Counted from the stretch's first letter, positions 32,569 through 43,929 are shown. The stretch: 64,000 bases of DNA from an uncultured Planctomycetaceae bacterium (GCA_963833985.1 CAWIAD010000002.1:2208001-2272000); one strand, 5' to 3'. The notes: generated by a model from the letters alone, not told the origin. Made by a program: numbers and translations.

Positions 32569-35136
32569 GTGGAGACAACATTCATCGCACCGGGCATCTC
32601 CTGCCAGGGCTGCGCGAACACCATCGAGAAGGCGCTGGGGGAGATCCCGGACGTCGCGAGCGTGCAGGTCGACGTGCCGGCGCGGCGCGTGACGGTGCGC
32701 CATGATGAGCACGTGGGCCGCAAAACCCTCGAGGGTGCCCTCACCCGTGCCGGTTACCCCGTGGCGCCTGGCGATCAGGATCACGATCACCATCACGATC
32801 GCCACGACCACCACGCCGACCGCGCTGCGGGGCCCGCGACGGCGGTCAGGGACCCGGTCTGCGGGATGCAGGTCGACCCGCGGGGGGCCGCGGCCAGCAG
32901 CGAGCATGAGGGGACGACCTACCACTTCTGCTCGGCGTCGTGCCAGCGGAAGTTTGCTGCCGACCCCTCTGCGTATCTTTCGGCCGAGCCGAAAAAGTCC
33001 GTCGCCAACCCGGCCGGCGGCGGCCCTTACACGTGCCCGATGCATCCGGAGATCGTGCGGGACCAGCCCGGAAGCTGCCCCATCTGCGGCATGGCCCTGG
33101 AACCGATGACCGCGACCGGTGACGATGCGAACCCCGAGCTCGCGGAGATGAGTCGGCGGTTCTGGGTGAGCCTTGCGCTCAGCGCGCCCCTGCTTCTCCT
33201 ATCGATGGGCGAGATGTTCATCGGCCAGCAGTCCATCGCCCGCATCTTCCCCGGGCGCTCGCTCGCAGCGCTCCAGCTCGCGCTCGCGACGCCCGTGGTC
33301 CTCTGGGGCGGGTTGCCGTTCTTCCAGCGCGGCGCGGCCTCGCTGGCGAACCGCAGCCTCAACATGTTCACACTCATCAGCCTGGGCACGGGCGCGGCCT
33401 ATCTTTACAGCGTCGTGGCGACGCTCCTCCCCGGCATCTTCCCCGCGTCGTTTCGCGATCACCTGGGGAACGTCCCGGTCTACTTCGAGGCGGCCGCGGT
33501 CATCACGACCCTCGTGCTCCTTGGCCAGGTGCTCGAGCTGCGGGCCAGGAGCCGTACCTCGAGCGCCATCAAGGCCCTTCTGGGCCTTCAGCCCAGGACA
33601 GCACGGCGGCTTGCCGAGAGTGGCCGCGAGGAGGACGTGTCGATCGAGGAGGTCCAGGTCGGGGACCGGCTGCGCGTCCGCCCCGGTGAGCGAGTGCCGG
33701 TCGACGGCGCGGTCCTCGAGGGGACAAGTGCCGTCGACGAGTCGATGGTCACGGGCGAGCCGATCCCGGTCGAGAAATCCACGGCTGACCGGCTCATCGG
33801 CGGCACTGTCAACGGCACCGGAAGCCTTGTCATGCGGGCCGAGCGGGTGGGCTCGGAAACGATGCTGGCCCGCATTGTCAAGCTGGTGGGAGAGGCCCAG
33901 CGCACGCGGGCCCCGATTCAGCGCCTGGCCGATGTGGTCTCCGGGTATTTCGTCCCGGCCGTCATCCTGGCGGCCGTGCTCACGTTCCTGGCGTGGGCGA
34001 CATACGGCCCTGAGCCGCGGCTGGCCTACGCGCTGGTGAACGCTGTCGCCGTCCTCATCATCGCCTGCCCGTGCGCCCTGGGTCTCGCCACGCCCATGTC
34101 GATCATGGTCGGCACGGGCCGTGGAGCACTCGCCGGGGTGCTCATCAAGAATGCCGAGGCGCTCGAAGTCATGGAGAAAGTCGACACGGTGGTCGTCGAT
34201 AAGACCGGGACACTCACGGAGGGAAAGCCCCGGCTCAGCTCGGTCGTCGCCGCAACGGGACACGACGAGCAAGAACTGCTGAGACTTGCCGCGACGCTCG
34301 AGGCCGGGAGTGAGCACCCGCTGGCGGCTGCCGTCGCCTCTGGTGCTTCCCAGCGAGGAATTGTTCTCTCGCGGGCCGAGTCGTTTCGGTCAGAGACGGG
34401 AAAGGGCATCCTGGGGACCGTCGAGGGTCACTCCGTTGCGGTGGGCAATCGGCGGCTGATGGAGCAAGAGAACGTTCCTCTGGAGGATGTGCGCGAGAAG
34501 GCCGAGGCGTTGCGGGCCAGGGGCCAGACCGTGGCGTTTGTTGCGGTCGACCGCAAGATTGCCGGGTTACTGGGAGTTTCTGACCCGGTGAAGGATTCAG
34601 CACGCGAGGCCATTGCCGCGCTTCAGGGCGAGGGCTTGCGCGTGGTGATGCTCACCGGCGACACCCGGACCACGGCGGAGGCGGTCGCCAGGGACCTTGG
34701 CCTGGACGACGTCCGCGCCGAGGTGCTGCCGGAGGAGAAGGGACAGGTCATCGACGCCCTTCGTTCGGAGGGGCGAGTCGTCGCCATGGCCGGTGACGGC
34801 ATCAATGACGCGCCCGCCCTGGCCCGGGCCCAGGTTGGAATTGCCATGGGCACCGGCACGGACGTGGCGATGGAATCGGCCGGAGTCACTCTCGTCCGGG
34901 GAGACCTGCGCGGCATCTTGCGGACGATCCGCCTGAGCCGGGCCACGATGCGAAACATTCGCCAGAACCTCGCCTTCGCGTTCCTTTACAACCTGCTCGG
35001 CGTGCCGGTGGCCGCGGGCGTCCTCTATCCAGCCTTTGGCTGGCTCTTGAGCCCGATGATCGCGAGCGCCGCGATGACCCTGAGCTCGGTCTCGGTCATC
35101 TCCAACGCACTCCGGCTCCGCCACGTCGAGCTCTGA
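32569..35136 (+). CDS. copA: Cu(I)-translocating P1B-type ATPase with HMA, His-rich, YHS and CPMHP metal-binding domains
   Basis: [52 protein letters not shown], MxxSS. Start may instead be 32416. Confidence 0.92.
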   Translation: METTFIAPGISCQGCANTIEKALGEIPDVASVQVDVPARRVTVRHDEHVGRKTLEGALTRAGYPVAPGDQDHDHHHDRHDHHADRAAGPATAVRDPVCGMQVDPRGAAASSEHEGTTYHFCSASCQRKFAADPSAYLSAEPKKSVANPAGGGPYTCPMHPEIVRDQPGSCPICGMALEPMTATGDDANPELAEMSRRFWVSLALSAPLLLLSMGEMFIGQQSIARIFPGRSLAALQLALATPVVLWGGLPFFQRGAASLANRSLNMFTLISLGTGAAYLYSVVATLLPGIFPASFRDHLGNVPVYFEAAAVITTLVLLGQVLELRARSRTSSAIKALLGLQPRTARRLAESGREEDVSIEEVQVGDRLRVRPGERVPVDGAVLEGTSAVDESMVTGEPIPVEKSTADRLIGGTVNGTGSLVMRAERVGSETMLARIVKLVGEAQRTRAPIQRLADVVSGYFVPAVILAAVLTFLAWATYGPEPRLAYALVNAVAVLIIACPCALGLATPMSIMVGTGRGALAGVLIKNAEALEVMEKVDTVVVDKTGTLTEGKPRLSSVVAATGHDEQELLRLAATLEAGSEHPLAAAVASGASQRGIVLSRAESFRSETGKGILGTVEGHSVAVGNRRLMEQENVPLEDVREKAEALRARGQTVAFVAVDRKIAGLLGVSDPVKDSAREAIAALQGEGLRVVMLTGDTRTTAEAVARDLGLDDVRAEVLPEEKGQVIDALRSEGRVVAMAGDGINDAPALARAQVGIAMGTGTDVAMESAGVTLVRGDLRGILRTIRLSRATMRNIRQNLAFAFLYNLLGVPVAAGVLYPAFGWLLSPMIASAAMTLSSVSVISNALRLRHVEL

Positions 35137-35253
35137 GGCCGGAAGCCCTGGGGCCGCTCAAAGCCGCGCTCCCCACCGCTGGCCGTACCGTGGGGACGCA
35201 CGGATTGCTTGCCGGCCGAAGTGGGCTGGTGCGAGAACGGCATTCGCCTCCAT

Positions 35254-36630
35254 TCACGACTCGTTCGCCAGTAGGTCCATCCAGCCTCGCAGCGTCTTGA
35301 TCACGATCGGGTTGAAATCGGCGACAGCGCCGGCCATCGCGGCCTTGTATCGCTCCTCGGCCGAAGCCGCCTGGTGCATGGCATGGTCGATGCCGTCGAG
35401 CACACGGAATGTCCCCCGCCCAGGTTTCCTGGAGTTGACCAGGTCCACCAGCATGTGATGGTCGGCCTCGGTCGAGACGTAATCAGACTTGCCCCACATG
35501 GCGAGGACGTGGGCGTCGACCCTGGACCAGTATTCCGAGATCGGCAGCGCCGCGACCTGCTGCATGAACACCACGCTGCGGCCGTACACGTGCAAGCCAT
35601 CGGGGCTGAGGGCCTGCTGAATCTCGGTCAGTTCGGGATGCTCGCGGGCGATCTGCTTCGGTCCCTTCTTCTCGATGTAGAGGTAATGCAAGAAAGCAGC
35701 GAAGCTGCGCAGTTTGCGGTCGATGGCGGGATAGGGCGTTTTCGGCAGAATCGCCTGCCGGCGGCGATTCTCCAGTTCGTACTCGAACCAGGGTTTGAAC
35801 ACCGTGCCGTAGACTGCGATGTCCCTCACGGGTTCCTCGGCAGCCAGGATGGGTGCCCAGAGTCCGCCCAGGCTGTGTCCCAGCAGAAAGACCTTGTTCG
35901 CGTCCACGCATTCCAGATGCTTGAGCGTTTGCAGTGCCTGGCGATAGCCGTCGAGTTCGGTAAAGAAGTCAACATCCGCGCACGGCCCCCCCTCGCTGTC
36001 GCCGCAGCCTGGTTTTTCCACGCGGAGCGTGACGTAGCCCGCTCCGGTCAGGTCGTCGGCGATCCGCTTGTATTCCGCGGGCCAGCCGGGAGCGCTTTCG
36101 ACTGATGAGCAGCCAATTCCCTGGATGAAGAGCAGCGCGGGGTGTTTTCCCGCGGTATCAGGGCGGGTGACGATCGTGCGGAGCCTGTCCGAACTGCTGG
36201 CCACCTCACCATAGATCGTCTCGAATGTCTTGCTCGACTCGCGCGGGCGTTCTCGGAGCGGAACCTTGAGAGTCAGCTTCCGGGTCTCGCGGATCAGTTC
36301 CAGAGCAATCACGTCGCCAGCCTTCCGCGCCGAGATGGGTGCCACAGCCTGTGTCGGTGACATGACCTCAGCGCCGTTGATCGCCACCAGGACGTCTCCT
36401 GGCAAGATCCCACCGGCCTCGGCGGCCGAGCCCGGAATGACTTCGCGCACCTCGGCCCCGTTGTCCGTGGCCATCCTCTGCGTTGTCTTCGTCTCGACAC
36501 TCACGGGGCCGAGCTGGGCGCCGAAGAATCCGCGCCGCCTGAGCGGCTTCGGCGCCTCGTGCGCGCCGGCTCCGATCACGACAACGAGGACAGTCATCAC
36601 GATCGGCGCACACTTGAGAATCATACGCAT
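35254..36630 (-). CDS. Secreted PDZ-domain alpha/beta hydrolase
   Basis: Signal peptide; PDZ (GFFGAQL..EVIPGSAAEAGGILPGD); GHSLGG nucleophile motif. Confidence 0.82.
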   Translation of the reverse strand: MRMILKCAPIVMTVLVVVIGAGAHEAPKPLRRRGFFGAQLGPVSVETKTTQRMATDNGAEVREVIPGSAAEAGGILPGDVLVAINGAEVMSPTQAVAPISARKAGDVIALELIRETRKLTLKVPLRERPRESSKTFETIYGEVASSSDRLRTIVTRPDTAGKHPALLFIQGIGCSSVESAPGWPAEYKRIADDLTGAGYVTLRVEKPGCGDSEGGPCADVDFFTELDGYRQALQTLKHLECVDANKVFLLGHSLGGLWAPILAAEEPVRDIAVYGTVFKPWFEYELENRRRQAILPKTPYPAIDRKLRSFAAFLHYLYIEKKGPKQIAREHPELTEIQQALSPDGLHVYGRSVVFMQQVAALPISEYWSRVDAHVLAMWGKSDYVSTEADHHMLVDLVNSRKPGRGTFRVLDGIDHAMHQAASAEERYKAAMAGAVADFNPIVIKTLRGWMDLLANES

Positions 36631-36671
36631 GCGATTACTCCCCGATGTGCAGATTGGGACTGGCGTCGCTG

Positions 36672-38031
36672 TCAGCGCAGAGGTTGCGTACCGGCACGCT
36701 CGGGAAACGGCTCGGCCTCATCTCGATCGGGCGTGTCTCCGGGCATGGGAAGATAGTGCCGCAGGGCCTCGGCGGACGAGGCGGGCGGGCGGCCTTGCTG
36801 TCGTGTGAAAAGCGGCACGGCGACCGCCTCCGCGAGCCGGCCCAGGGACCAGCGGTCGATCCGCTCCCCGTTTTCCAGTTCGCCCATGCGCCAGGGCATT
36901 CCGGGGTTGATCAGGCTCGAGTCGACCCACCGGGCCAGCCCGTCGGCCGGGAGGGCCTGCGCGGCCGGCGGCGTGGACGGGTCGGCCTGGTAGATCCGCA
37001 GCCGCGGTTCCGCGAAACGCGGCCGCTCCGAGGCCGGTCGGTCGCACCAGGCCAGGTCATTCGCGGCCAGCAGGCGGAGCACCCGGCGGGACCGCTCCGG
37101 CTCACCTCGGAGGAACGCGTCCAGCTCCGGAGCGATGAGCGAGAGCTCACTTCCCGCGACATCGGTGCGATGCCGCGCCCGCTCGGCAATCAGCGGTTGC
37201 AGGTTCTTCGAGCGACTCTTCCAACACCTGGTATTCTCCCCTGTAGAACTGCGACAGGGGTGGCGTGAGGGCCCTGGCGACTGCCAGGTCGTCGAGGGCC
37301 TGGCGCAGCAGCGCGACGCTGACCGAGGGATCCTGCGCCCAATCGGAGACGGGTTCGCGCGCGTACTGGACCAGGATGAGGGCCGTGGTCCGGCACCAGG
37401 CTGTCGGCACGGCACGCTCCATGTCCCGGCTGGCGCGGACGACAGCCCTCAGCAAGGCCCAGGCACCGGCGGGATCACCCTCGGTGCGCAGCCGCCCGGC
37501 CTCGAAAAGCGCGGCGTCGCCGATCCACGACAGTTGCCGTATGACCTCCTGCCTTGCTGTGAGGGCCAATGCGCCCGTGGGACGATGCGGAAGCTCGATA
37601 TACGCATCGGGACGTTCCGATCCAGCACGCAGGAGAGAGATCGCCTCTCGGTGCTCGCCAACCCAGCCGCGGAGCACGGCGTCAGCCCCGGACCAGTGGA
37701 GGTTGGCCCTGGAAAAGGACGTCTGCTCGGCGTTGCTCAGGTCGCGGGACCGCTCGACGGCCTGGCGATAGAGCACGAAGGCGTTGCGGTCATCGGCAGC
37801 TCCGGCGGTGGATCCGGAAGCGGTCACTGCGAACGTGTCCCCCACATCCGGAAGTCCGGCAAGCTGCGATCGACGCCAGAGCAGCGCCAGGATCGGCAAT
37901 GCGATCAACGCGTACAGGAGTAGAAGCCCGAGCCGCCGTCGGCCTCGTGTCCGCTCGATGGCCCGCAGCGGAAACAGCAAGGCCGCGGTGATGGACCACT
38001 CTTTGCGCGAGGGGACCGGCTCCGTGCTCAT
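36672..38031 (-). CDS. Hypothetical protein with N-terminal TM helix (frameshift ~37210)
   Basis: GGAGGA RBS; two ORFs join at LEESL/KNLQPLIAE; no recognisable domain. Confidence 0.55.
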
Positions 38032-38242
38032 CGCGAGACGTCCTCCCAGGCGGTTCACCGGTCGGAAGCGTTGTTTGCTCGCCGACGCGCATTGTCTGGG
38101 AATGATCCGGGACGATCAAGCTCGCCGATCGTTGCTGTCGAACAGGGGCCTTGCCCAGACGTGGACCCGGCAACGGCCGTCTGAAACGGCTGGCAGGCTG
38201 TGCCGCAGCAGTCATCTGGCCAGCCTCTTGTTGCAAGGAGAG

Positions 38243-38614
38243 TCACATGGTCTTGTGAAAGAGCGCGGCGATGCCGAAATACGGTACGGCGAACGGATAG
38301 GCGAGTATGCCCCCCAGGTTCAAGTGGGTGTGAGCGACGCCGTGCAAGCCTCGATTCTTTCCCATGACCTGGGTGCTGACCTGGGCCGCGGGCAGCCTCG
38401 TTCCATGACGCATCGGTGTCGCAGTCACGGCAACAACTGAGGTCACGGTCGCCTGGGCCAAAGGGAGCGAGCGTACGTGTTGCGGCGGTACATGGGCGAG
38501 ATGGGCCGCCACTCCTGCCCCCGGGTGCGTCCCGGCCGGGTAAGTGGGGGCCAGTAACGTCAGGAGACGGCGCCCTTCGAGCTGGTGGACCGACGGGCGC
38601 AGAGATCGAGCCAT
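38243..38614 (-). CDS. Small protein with planctomycete LExRxLL export-type motif
   Basis: MARSLRPSVHQLEGRRLLT; GAGGA RBS. Confidence 0.55.
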   Translation of the reverse strand: MARSLRPSVHQLEGRRLLTLLAPTYPAGTHPGAGVAAHLAHVPPQHVRSLPLAQATVTSVVAVTATPMRHGTRLPAAQVSTQVMGKNRGLHGVAHTHLNLGGILAYPFAVPYFGIAALFHKTM

Positions 38615-38800
38615 GGGCAGTCCTCTTGTTTGGTGGCGGCGCAGAACCCGTGTCGCGGTGGCCTGACCTCCACGTTCGACCTGAGATCATCGGGAGTTCC
38701 TGACCGAGACTTGAATGGGATCGAGAAATGCAAACGGATACTTGCTCACGGGCCGCGTGCACAAGCGCGGTACAGGCCGGTCCCATCACACTGGCCTCGG

Positions 38801-39460
38801 TCAATAGAGCCACGGGATCAGCCGCCAGGTGCGGGCGCGGTAGGCGTCGTACTCACTTCCGAACGTGGTGCCCAGAAGCGACTCCTCGGCCCGCATGCGA
38901 GCGACCAGCGGCGGAATGAGAAGCGCCGTGAGCACCAGGCCGACGCCGGAGCGGAAGGCAAGCGCCCAACCCACGCAATAAATCAGCAGCCCGAGGTAGC
39001 TGGGGTTGCGGATGGTGGAGTAGAGGCCGGTGGTCACCATAGTATGGCCGGGCTGGATGGCGACGAGTCCGCTGAACCGGCGGCCGAGCACGAACACGGG
39101 CCAGATGCGCAGCGCTCCGCCAGCGGCCAGCAGGATGACGCCGACCCAGCGGATGCTCTCTCCATCAAGCGTCCAGAACTCCTTCCTGTCGGTGTAGGCC
39201 GGCAGGTAGGCGGAAAGCAGCCCGATGAGCCCGAAGGCCACGAAAACCCAGCGGTTGGCGCGATCCTCGCGCTCGCCCGGGCTGACATTGCCCGGCGAGA
39301 AAAGGGCGATGACGGCCATCGTGCAGACCGCGACCGAGAGCACGATCAGGGCCGGGTGGGAGAAGAAGGCCGCGAACCCTCCCCAGCCGAGGACGGCGAG
39401 CCCAAGATAGGCCAGGGTCGACACGATGGTGAAGACTGCCAGTCTGGGTGTGATTGCCAT
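38801..39460 (-). CDS. Isoprenylcysteine carboxylmethyltransferase family membrane protein
   Basis: LGRRFS...HTMVTTGLYSTIRNPSYLG...EESLL..FGSEYDAY. Confidence 0.88.
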   Translation of the reverse strand: MAITPRLAVFTIVSTLAYLGLAVLGWGGFAAFFSHPALIVLSVAVCTMAVIALFSPGNVSPGEREDRANRWVFVAFGLIGLLSAYLPAYTDRKEFWTLDGESIRWVGVILLAAGGALRIWPVFVLGRRFSGLVAIQPGHTMVTTGLYSTIRNPSYLGLLIYCVGWALAFRSGVGLVLTALLIPPLVARMRAEESLLGTTFGSEYDAYRARTWRLIPWLY

Positions 39461-39831
39461 TGCCAGGTCTCGTGGTACCACAGAGGCAGAAAGCACCCAC
39501 AATACGCCTCTCAAACGGGCTAGGTGTCGGCGTTTTCGACCATCGAGGCGAGTTGATCATGCGCCTTGGTGGGCGAGCGGTCGAGATCAGAGTATGGGCG
39601 CACGCTCGGTCCGGCTGGTCCGCCCTTGTCAAGGAGTCTCACGAGTCGCCATGGGAATGAACGGACGAGTGCACAAAATTTAGAACATTCTGAAATACCT
39701 GTTGCATCGGACGAATCGCGAGGGCCAGAATGTGCGCAGCCTCTACAGACGCCTGACCCGCATGTTTGCTGGAGGTCAAAATGTGCATGCGTAACACATC
39801 GCGGCCCGAAGCCGGAATCGCGCGGCCCGCC

Positions 39832-40952
39832 ATGTCTTCACCACGGCTCCCCTCGGCTCGTTTGGCGACGACATGGGCTTGCCTCTTCATACTGTCGACA
39901 CAGAGCGGATGCGCCAAATCGGCGGTCCCCTGTCCGGGCGAATCGTTTGATGCAGGACCGGTGTTCGTGACGTCCACCAACCTGATCAGGCATCGCTTCG
40001 AGGTTACGAACACGACTGACTGTCTCGTCAGGATCCTTGGGAAGACCCAGTCGTGCTCCTACACCGCTGCAAACCTGCCCCGAGAAACCCTGAAGCCGGG
40101 TGAGTCCGCTTGGCTTGACGTTGAAGTGCGCGTGCCGGATGGGTATGCGCGACTTGCTCCGGCGATTCTTATCAATACCGATCATCCGAGCTACCCCGAA
40201 TGGCGGTATCAAATAAGGGCGGAGGTTTTCCCGACCTCGAGGATTGATCCGCCGGTCGTGGATCTCGGCGTCAGGTCCCCGGGGAGGGTGGCGCCCGAGG
40301 GCAGCGGGGGCGGCACCGAAACTCCCCAGCACGCCTGGCTTGAGTGCTTTGCCCCCGACGGGGCGTCGCCCCCGTTACCTGTGCGGATCGAGTGCCGAGG
40401 GGGGGGTTAATCCCGTCACTCGCTAGGGATCCCGTCGTCGAGGTGCTCGGCGGAGGGGTACGCAGGGCGCGTTACCGCATCACCTTCCGCCTGGAGGAAG
40501 GGGACGGCGTCGCGCGCACTCATGTGCAACCTCTTGTTGTCTTGACGAGCTTCGGCCCTCCTGCTTCCGCAAATGTCACCTGGGTCGATGGAGGACCCCT
40601 CTCGATAAACTCGAGCGCTGTCCACTTCGGAATGATCCAACCCGGCGTTCGATCAGTTCGGAGAACTCTGGTCGTGTCATCATCTGGCACGACGGAATTT
40701 CGGCTCTTGGCTGCCGATGGCGGTAAGCCTGGCGTTCGGGTTTGCCTGCCCTCTGTCGATCGCGGTGGCTCGGAGCCCGCGCTGACCCACGACCTGGAAC
40801 TGGTTCTTTCGGTTCCGGAGCTTGCCCCCAAGGGGCTTGCCGTCTCCGGAATTGCGCACTTGAGGACTGACCTGGCATCCGCCAAGGAGATTGAGATCCC
40901 CTGGTCGGCATTCTTCCGCGCCGCTCAGGCCGAACGCATTCGTGGCGAGTGA
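39832..40952 (+). CDS. DUF1573-domain lipoprotein (frame break at G8 tract 40399-40406)
   Basis: Lipobox-like STQSGC; HRFEVTNT...SCSYT...LKPGES (DUF1573 Ig-like); second half has the VHFG... repeat; start codon uncertain. Confidence 0.7.
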
Positions 40953-40989
40953 CGTTTGACGTGTCCATTTCATGGAAAGGGATTGAGTT

Positions 40990-41373
40990 ATGCGTACTTC
41001 CAAGAGTCTCTTTGTCACGCTATGTGCATTCGTTGTGTTCACCTTCGAGGGGACCATCGCCGGGTCTCAGAACAACATGGCTTGCGTGATGTTTCACACG
41101 GGGTGTCAAGGATACACCTGCTACTCGGTGGGCGACTCCACGTGCACTGACCAAAATGGCGTCCAGCACAACTGGAACCGGATGACGCAAGGTAACGGGA
41201 CTGGCTTCTTGCTGGGGACCTGCCAGCCGGGAAGTGGGAATTGCAACATGGCCACGTTTCCGTGCAACGTGCAGAAATATTGGAACACAAGGTCTAAAGA
41301 CGAGATTTGCGATCAGACAACGTTCCAGTGCACGGACGCTGGGTCGGCCGGTCCGGGATGCAAGGGGAGTTGA
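40990..41373 (+). CDS. Small secreted cysteine-rich protein (10 Cys after the signal peptide)
   Basis: AAAGGGA RBS; hydrophobic signal peptide; ~100-aa Gly/Thr/Asn/Gln-rich mature region with 10 Cys. Confidence 0.75.
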   Translation: MRTSKSLFVTLCAFVVFTFEGTIAGSQNNMACVMFHTGCQGYTCYSVGDSTCTDQNGVQHNWNRMTQGNGTGFLLGTCQPGSGNCNMATFPCNVQKYWNTRSKDEICDQTTFQCTDAGSAGPGCKGS

Positions 41374-41503
41374 TCTTGAAGGGCGCGGTTGAGAACCGTC
41401 GCCAGGAACGCTCGAAGCAGTCATGTGAGCGGCCCCTACCGCTGCTGGTCACTGAGCGGACGGCGCCGCTTGCTGAGCCTCTGAGTGGAAAGGCGCGTGA
41501 ACA

Positions 41504-42594
41504 ATGCAGATTGGAACCTTCCTCCTCGCTTGCGCGTGGGTGTCGGTTGCGAGCGCTGACGACTCGGACCTCGTTTCCGCGGTACGCACGGCCTACGCGG
41601 CGAACCGGGTCGCCATGCCTTTTGGCACCTTGAAATTCGAGTTCGCGGTAGGCTATGCGGCCGGCATCGACGCGGTGCGCAGGGGTGAGCTCTCAAAAAA
41701 GATCGCCCGCGAGGGATCATACTTCTACGACGGATCGATGCCCGGTTCGAGCTGGTTTACAGCGACGAGGAGATGGACCGGTTCAGCACGAACGTGCAGT
41801 CCCGTCGCGTTCTGACCAACGGACGCCTCACGCTCTGGGACCACATCGATCTCGACCCCCAAGAGCGGAAGCGGCGCCATTCAGCGCAGATTGACGCGGG
41901 GACACGCGTCTTCTTCCATTACGTCCTTTGCCCGCTCGACCTGGGAAATCCCCAACCCCAGGGGTATGACATGGGGTACAACTTGGACACCGCTCTGAAA
42001 CCAGGCGAGTGGAACGTTGCCGTGGCCCCGGACGCAGTCTACACCGATGGCTCTCCGACGGTTCACCTTGTGATGACCGATTCCTCTGGTTTTGCTCGGC
42101 ATTACTGGGTGGACGTCGAGCGAGGGGCCATGCCTCGGGAGGTCCGCGACGTCCCCAAGGAGGGCATGGGCATGCGCATCTGCTACGACGACCTGCACCG
42201 TGTCAACGACGTGGCCTGGCTTCCTTTCAAGATGACAATTTATGATGACGCGGGCTTTACAAAGCAACTGGTGGTTCGCGAGGCGAGTTTTAGCAAGCAC
42301 CCCGTCCGCAAAGATTTCTCTCTCGAATTCCCCGAGCCAGAGCCCATGATTAACTCGGCCGCGCTTGTTCATTACGCTCCACAGAAGGTCTGGGACCTTG
42401 AGAAGCTGCCAGCGCCCGGGTCTCGGGGGGCGCACCGGATCACTCTCGTGGAACCCTCAGTGGCTGTACCTGATGCACCCGCTGACGGCGGGGCCGGACT
42501 CGGTATGATCCTGGCCTACGCAATAACCTTAATTGCCATTATCATTGCAGCCACGGGCGTTCGAGTCTGGGGGAAGCGACGCCATGGTCCTTAG
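41504..42594 (+). CDS. Exported beta-rich protein with C-terminal membrane anchor (frameshift ~41735)
   Basis: Signal peptide ending ASA-DD; YWVDVERG and WLPFK motifs reminiscent of LolA-like folds; C-terminal MILAYAITLIAIIIAATGVRVWGKRR. Confidence 0.6.
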
Positions 42595-43633
42595 CCCACG
42601 ATGCCTGTCGTCCTCAGCCGGTGATCGGCAATCGCGCCGTGCGCTGAGTCTCATTGAGCTTCTGGCCGTCGTCGCGACCATTGGGCTCCTTTTTGGATTG
42701 CTGATCCCCGCGGTCCAACAGAGCAGGGAGGCCGCGCGGCGCTTGCAGTGCATCAACAATCTCAAGCAGATCGGACTGGCTCTCAATTCGTACGTGGCGT
42801 CGAACGGGTTTTACCCCGGGATCAACACACCATCCGGTTTGGACACTAACGGAAAGCTCTACTCAGGGCACCATTTCAGCCCGCTGGCCAGGATGTTGCC
42901 CGAGCTGGGGGACGCCCCGACATTCAACGCGACGAATTTTACCTGGCACCCGTGTGAGAAGATCGCGGTGAGCTCCAACTTCACCGTGATGTCGACGCAT
43001 GTTTCGCTATTCCTGTGCCCCTCCGACTCCACTCCTTCAGGTCCGGGCTACGGCCGGGCGAATTATCGCTTCAACGTAGGCCCGACTCCCTGGATGTCAC
43101 CGGGCCCCGAAGATCCAACCCCGTGGAGCGGTCCATTCACGTGCCATCGTTACTATCGCCCGGCCGACTTTCAAGACGGGCTCTCCCAGACCATAGGCGC
43201 GTCGGAACGCATCCGCGGCAGCGGCGCGGGAGGACGACAGGGTTACGGCTGCTACCGGCTAACCGATGCGGGGGATGACAAGCTGATGGGCGGCGCCGAT
43301 GAGGCCCTTATGATCTGTTCCACCGCTGCCGCGACGCTTCCCTTGGAGACGCGAAGTGGAGAAGCGTGGTTTCTGTCCGGATTCCACTTCACGGACTACA
43401 ACCACTGCGCTACCCCGAACTCGATGATTCCGGACTGTGGCTTCCTTCCCAGTGTAAGCACCCTTCACGAGCGCTTCCTTGAGGAAGGCTTGTTCACGGC
43501 GCGGTCCTACCATCCGGGAGGAGTCAACGCCCTGCTCATGGACGGCAGCGTTCAGCATTTCAAGAACTCCATCGAGTTAAGTGTCTGGCGCGCTCTCGCC
43601 ACTCGGTCGAATGGCGAGGTTGTCTCCTGGTGA
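42584..43633 (+). CDS. DUF1559 prepilin-type protein
   Basis: [65 protein letters not shown]. Confidence 0.93.
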   Translation: MVLSPRCLSSSAGDRQSRRALSLIELLAVVATIGLLFGLLIPAVQQSREAARRLQCINNLKQIGLALNSYVASNGFYPGINTPSGLDTNGKLYSGHHFSPLARMLPELGDAPTFNATNFTWHPCEKIAVSSNFTVMSTHVSLFLCPSDSTPSGPGYGRANYRFNVGPTPWMSPGPEDPTPWSGPFTCHRYYRPADFQDGLSQTIGASERIRGSGAGGRQGYGCYRLTDAGDDKLMGGADEALMICSTAAATLPLETRSGEAWFLSGFHFTDYNHCATPNSMIPDCGFLPSVSTLHERFLEEGLFTARSYHPGGVNALLMDGSVQHFKNSIELSVWRALATRSNGEVVSW

Positions 43634-43649
43634 GGCCCGCACGTCGATC

Positions 43650-43671
43650 AGGAACCGTCTAGGAACCGTCT
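43650..43671. repeat. Perfect 11-bp tandem duplication
   Basis: AGGAACCGTCT AGGAACCGTCT. Confidence 0.85.
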
Positions 43672-43779
43672 GGACGGGCAGGGAATTCGGGACCACCTAT
43701 TTCAAACATCGCCTTCCGAGCCAGAGGTCGGTACCCTGACTGGAGACGCGAGTGGTTCAGACTCGCCACCAGCCAGCGG

Positions 43780-43798
43780 CCACTGTCCACTGTCCACT
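43780..43798. repeat. Short heptamer tandem repeat (CCACTGT, ~2.7 copies)
   Basis: CCACTGTCCACTGTCCACT. Confidence 0.6.
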
Positions 43799-43929
43799 AT
43801 TCCGGCACAAGCGGCGATTGCACGCAAGCATTGTGCCATTTCGTTGACTTCACTTTGCGGCCTGCCTAGCATAACTACGGTTTATCGGGATCGTCTTTCA
43901 GCATTGAAGCTCACCGGAGAGGCAGGCGC

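Noticed and set aside
40990..41373. RiPP (lanthipeptide, ranthipeptide or thiopeptide) precursor
   Set aside because: It has a Sec-type signal peptide, and no radical SAM, LanM, YcaO or peptidase-transporter gene is in the window.
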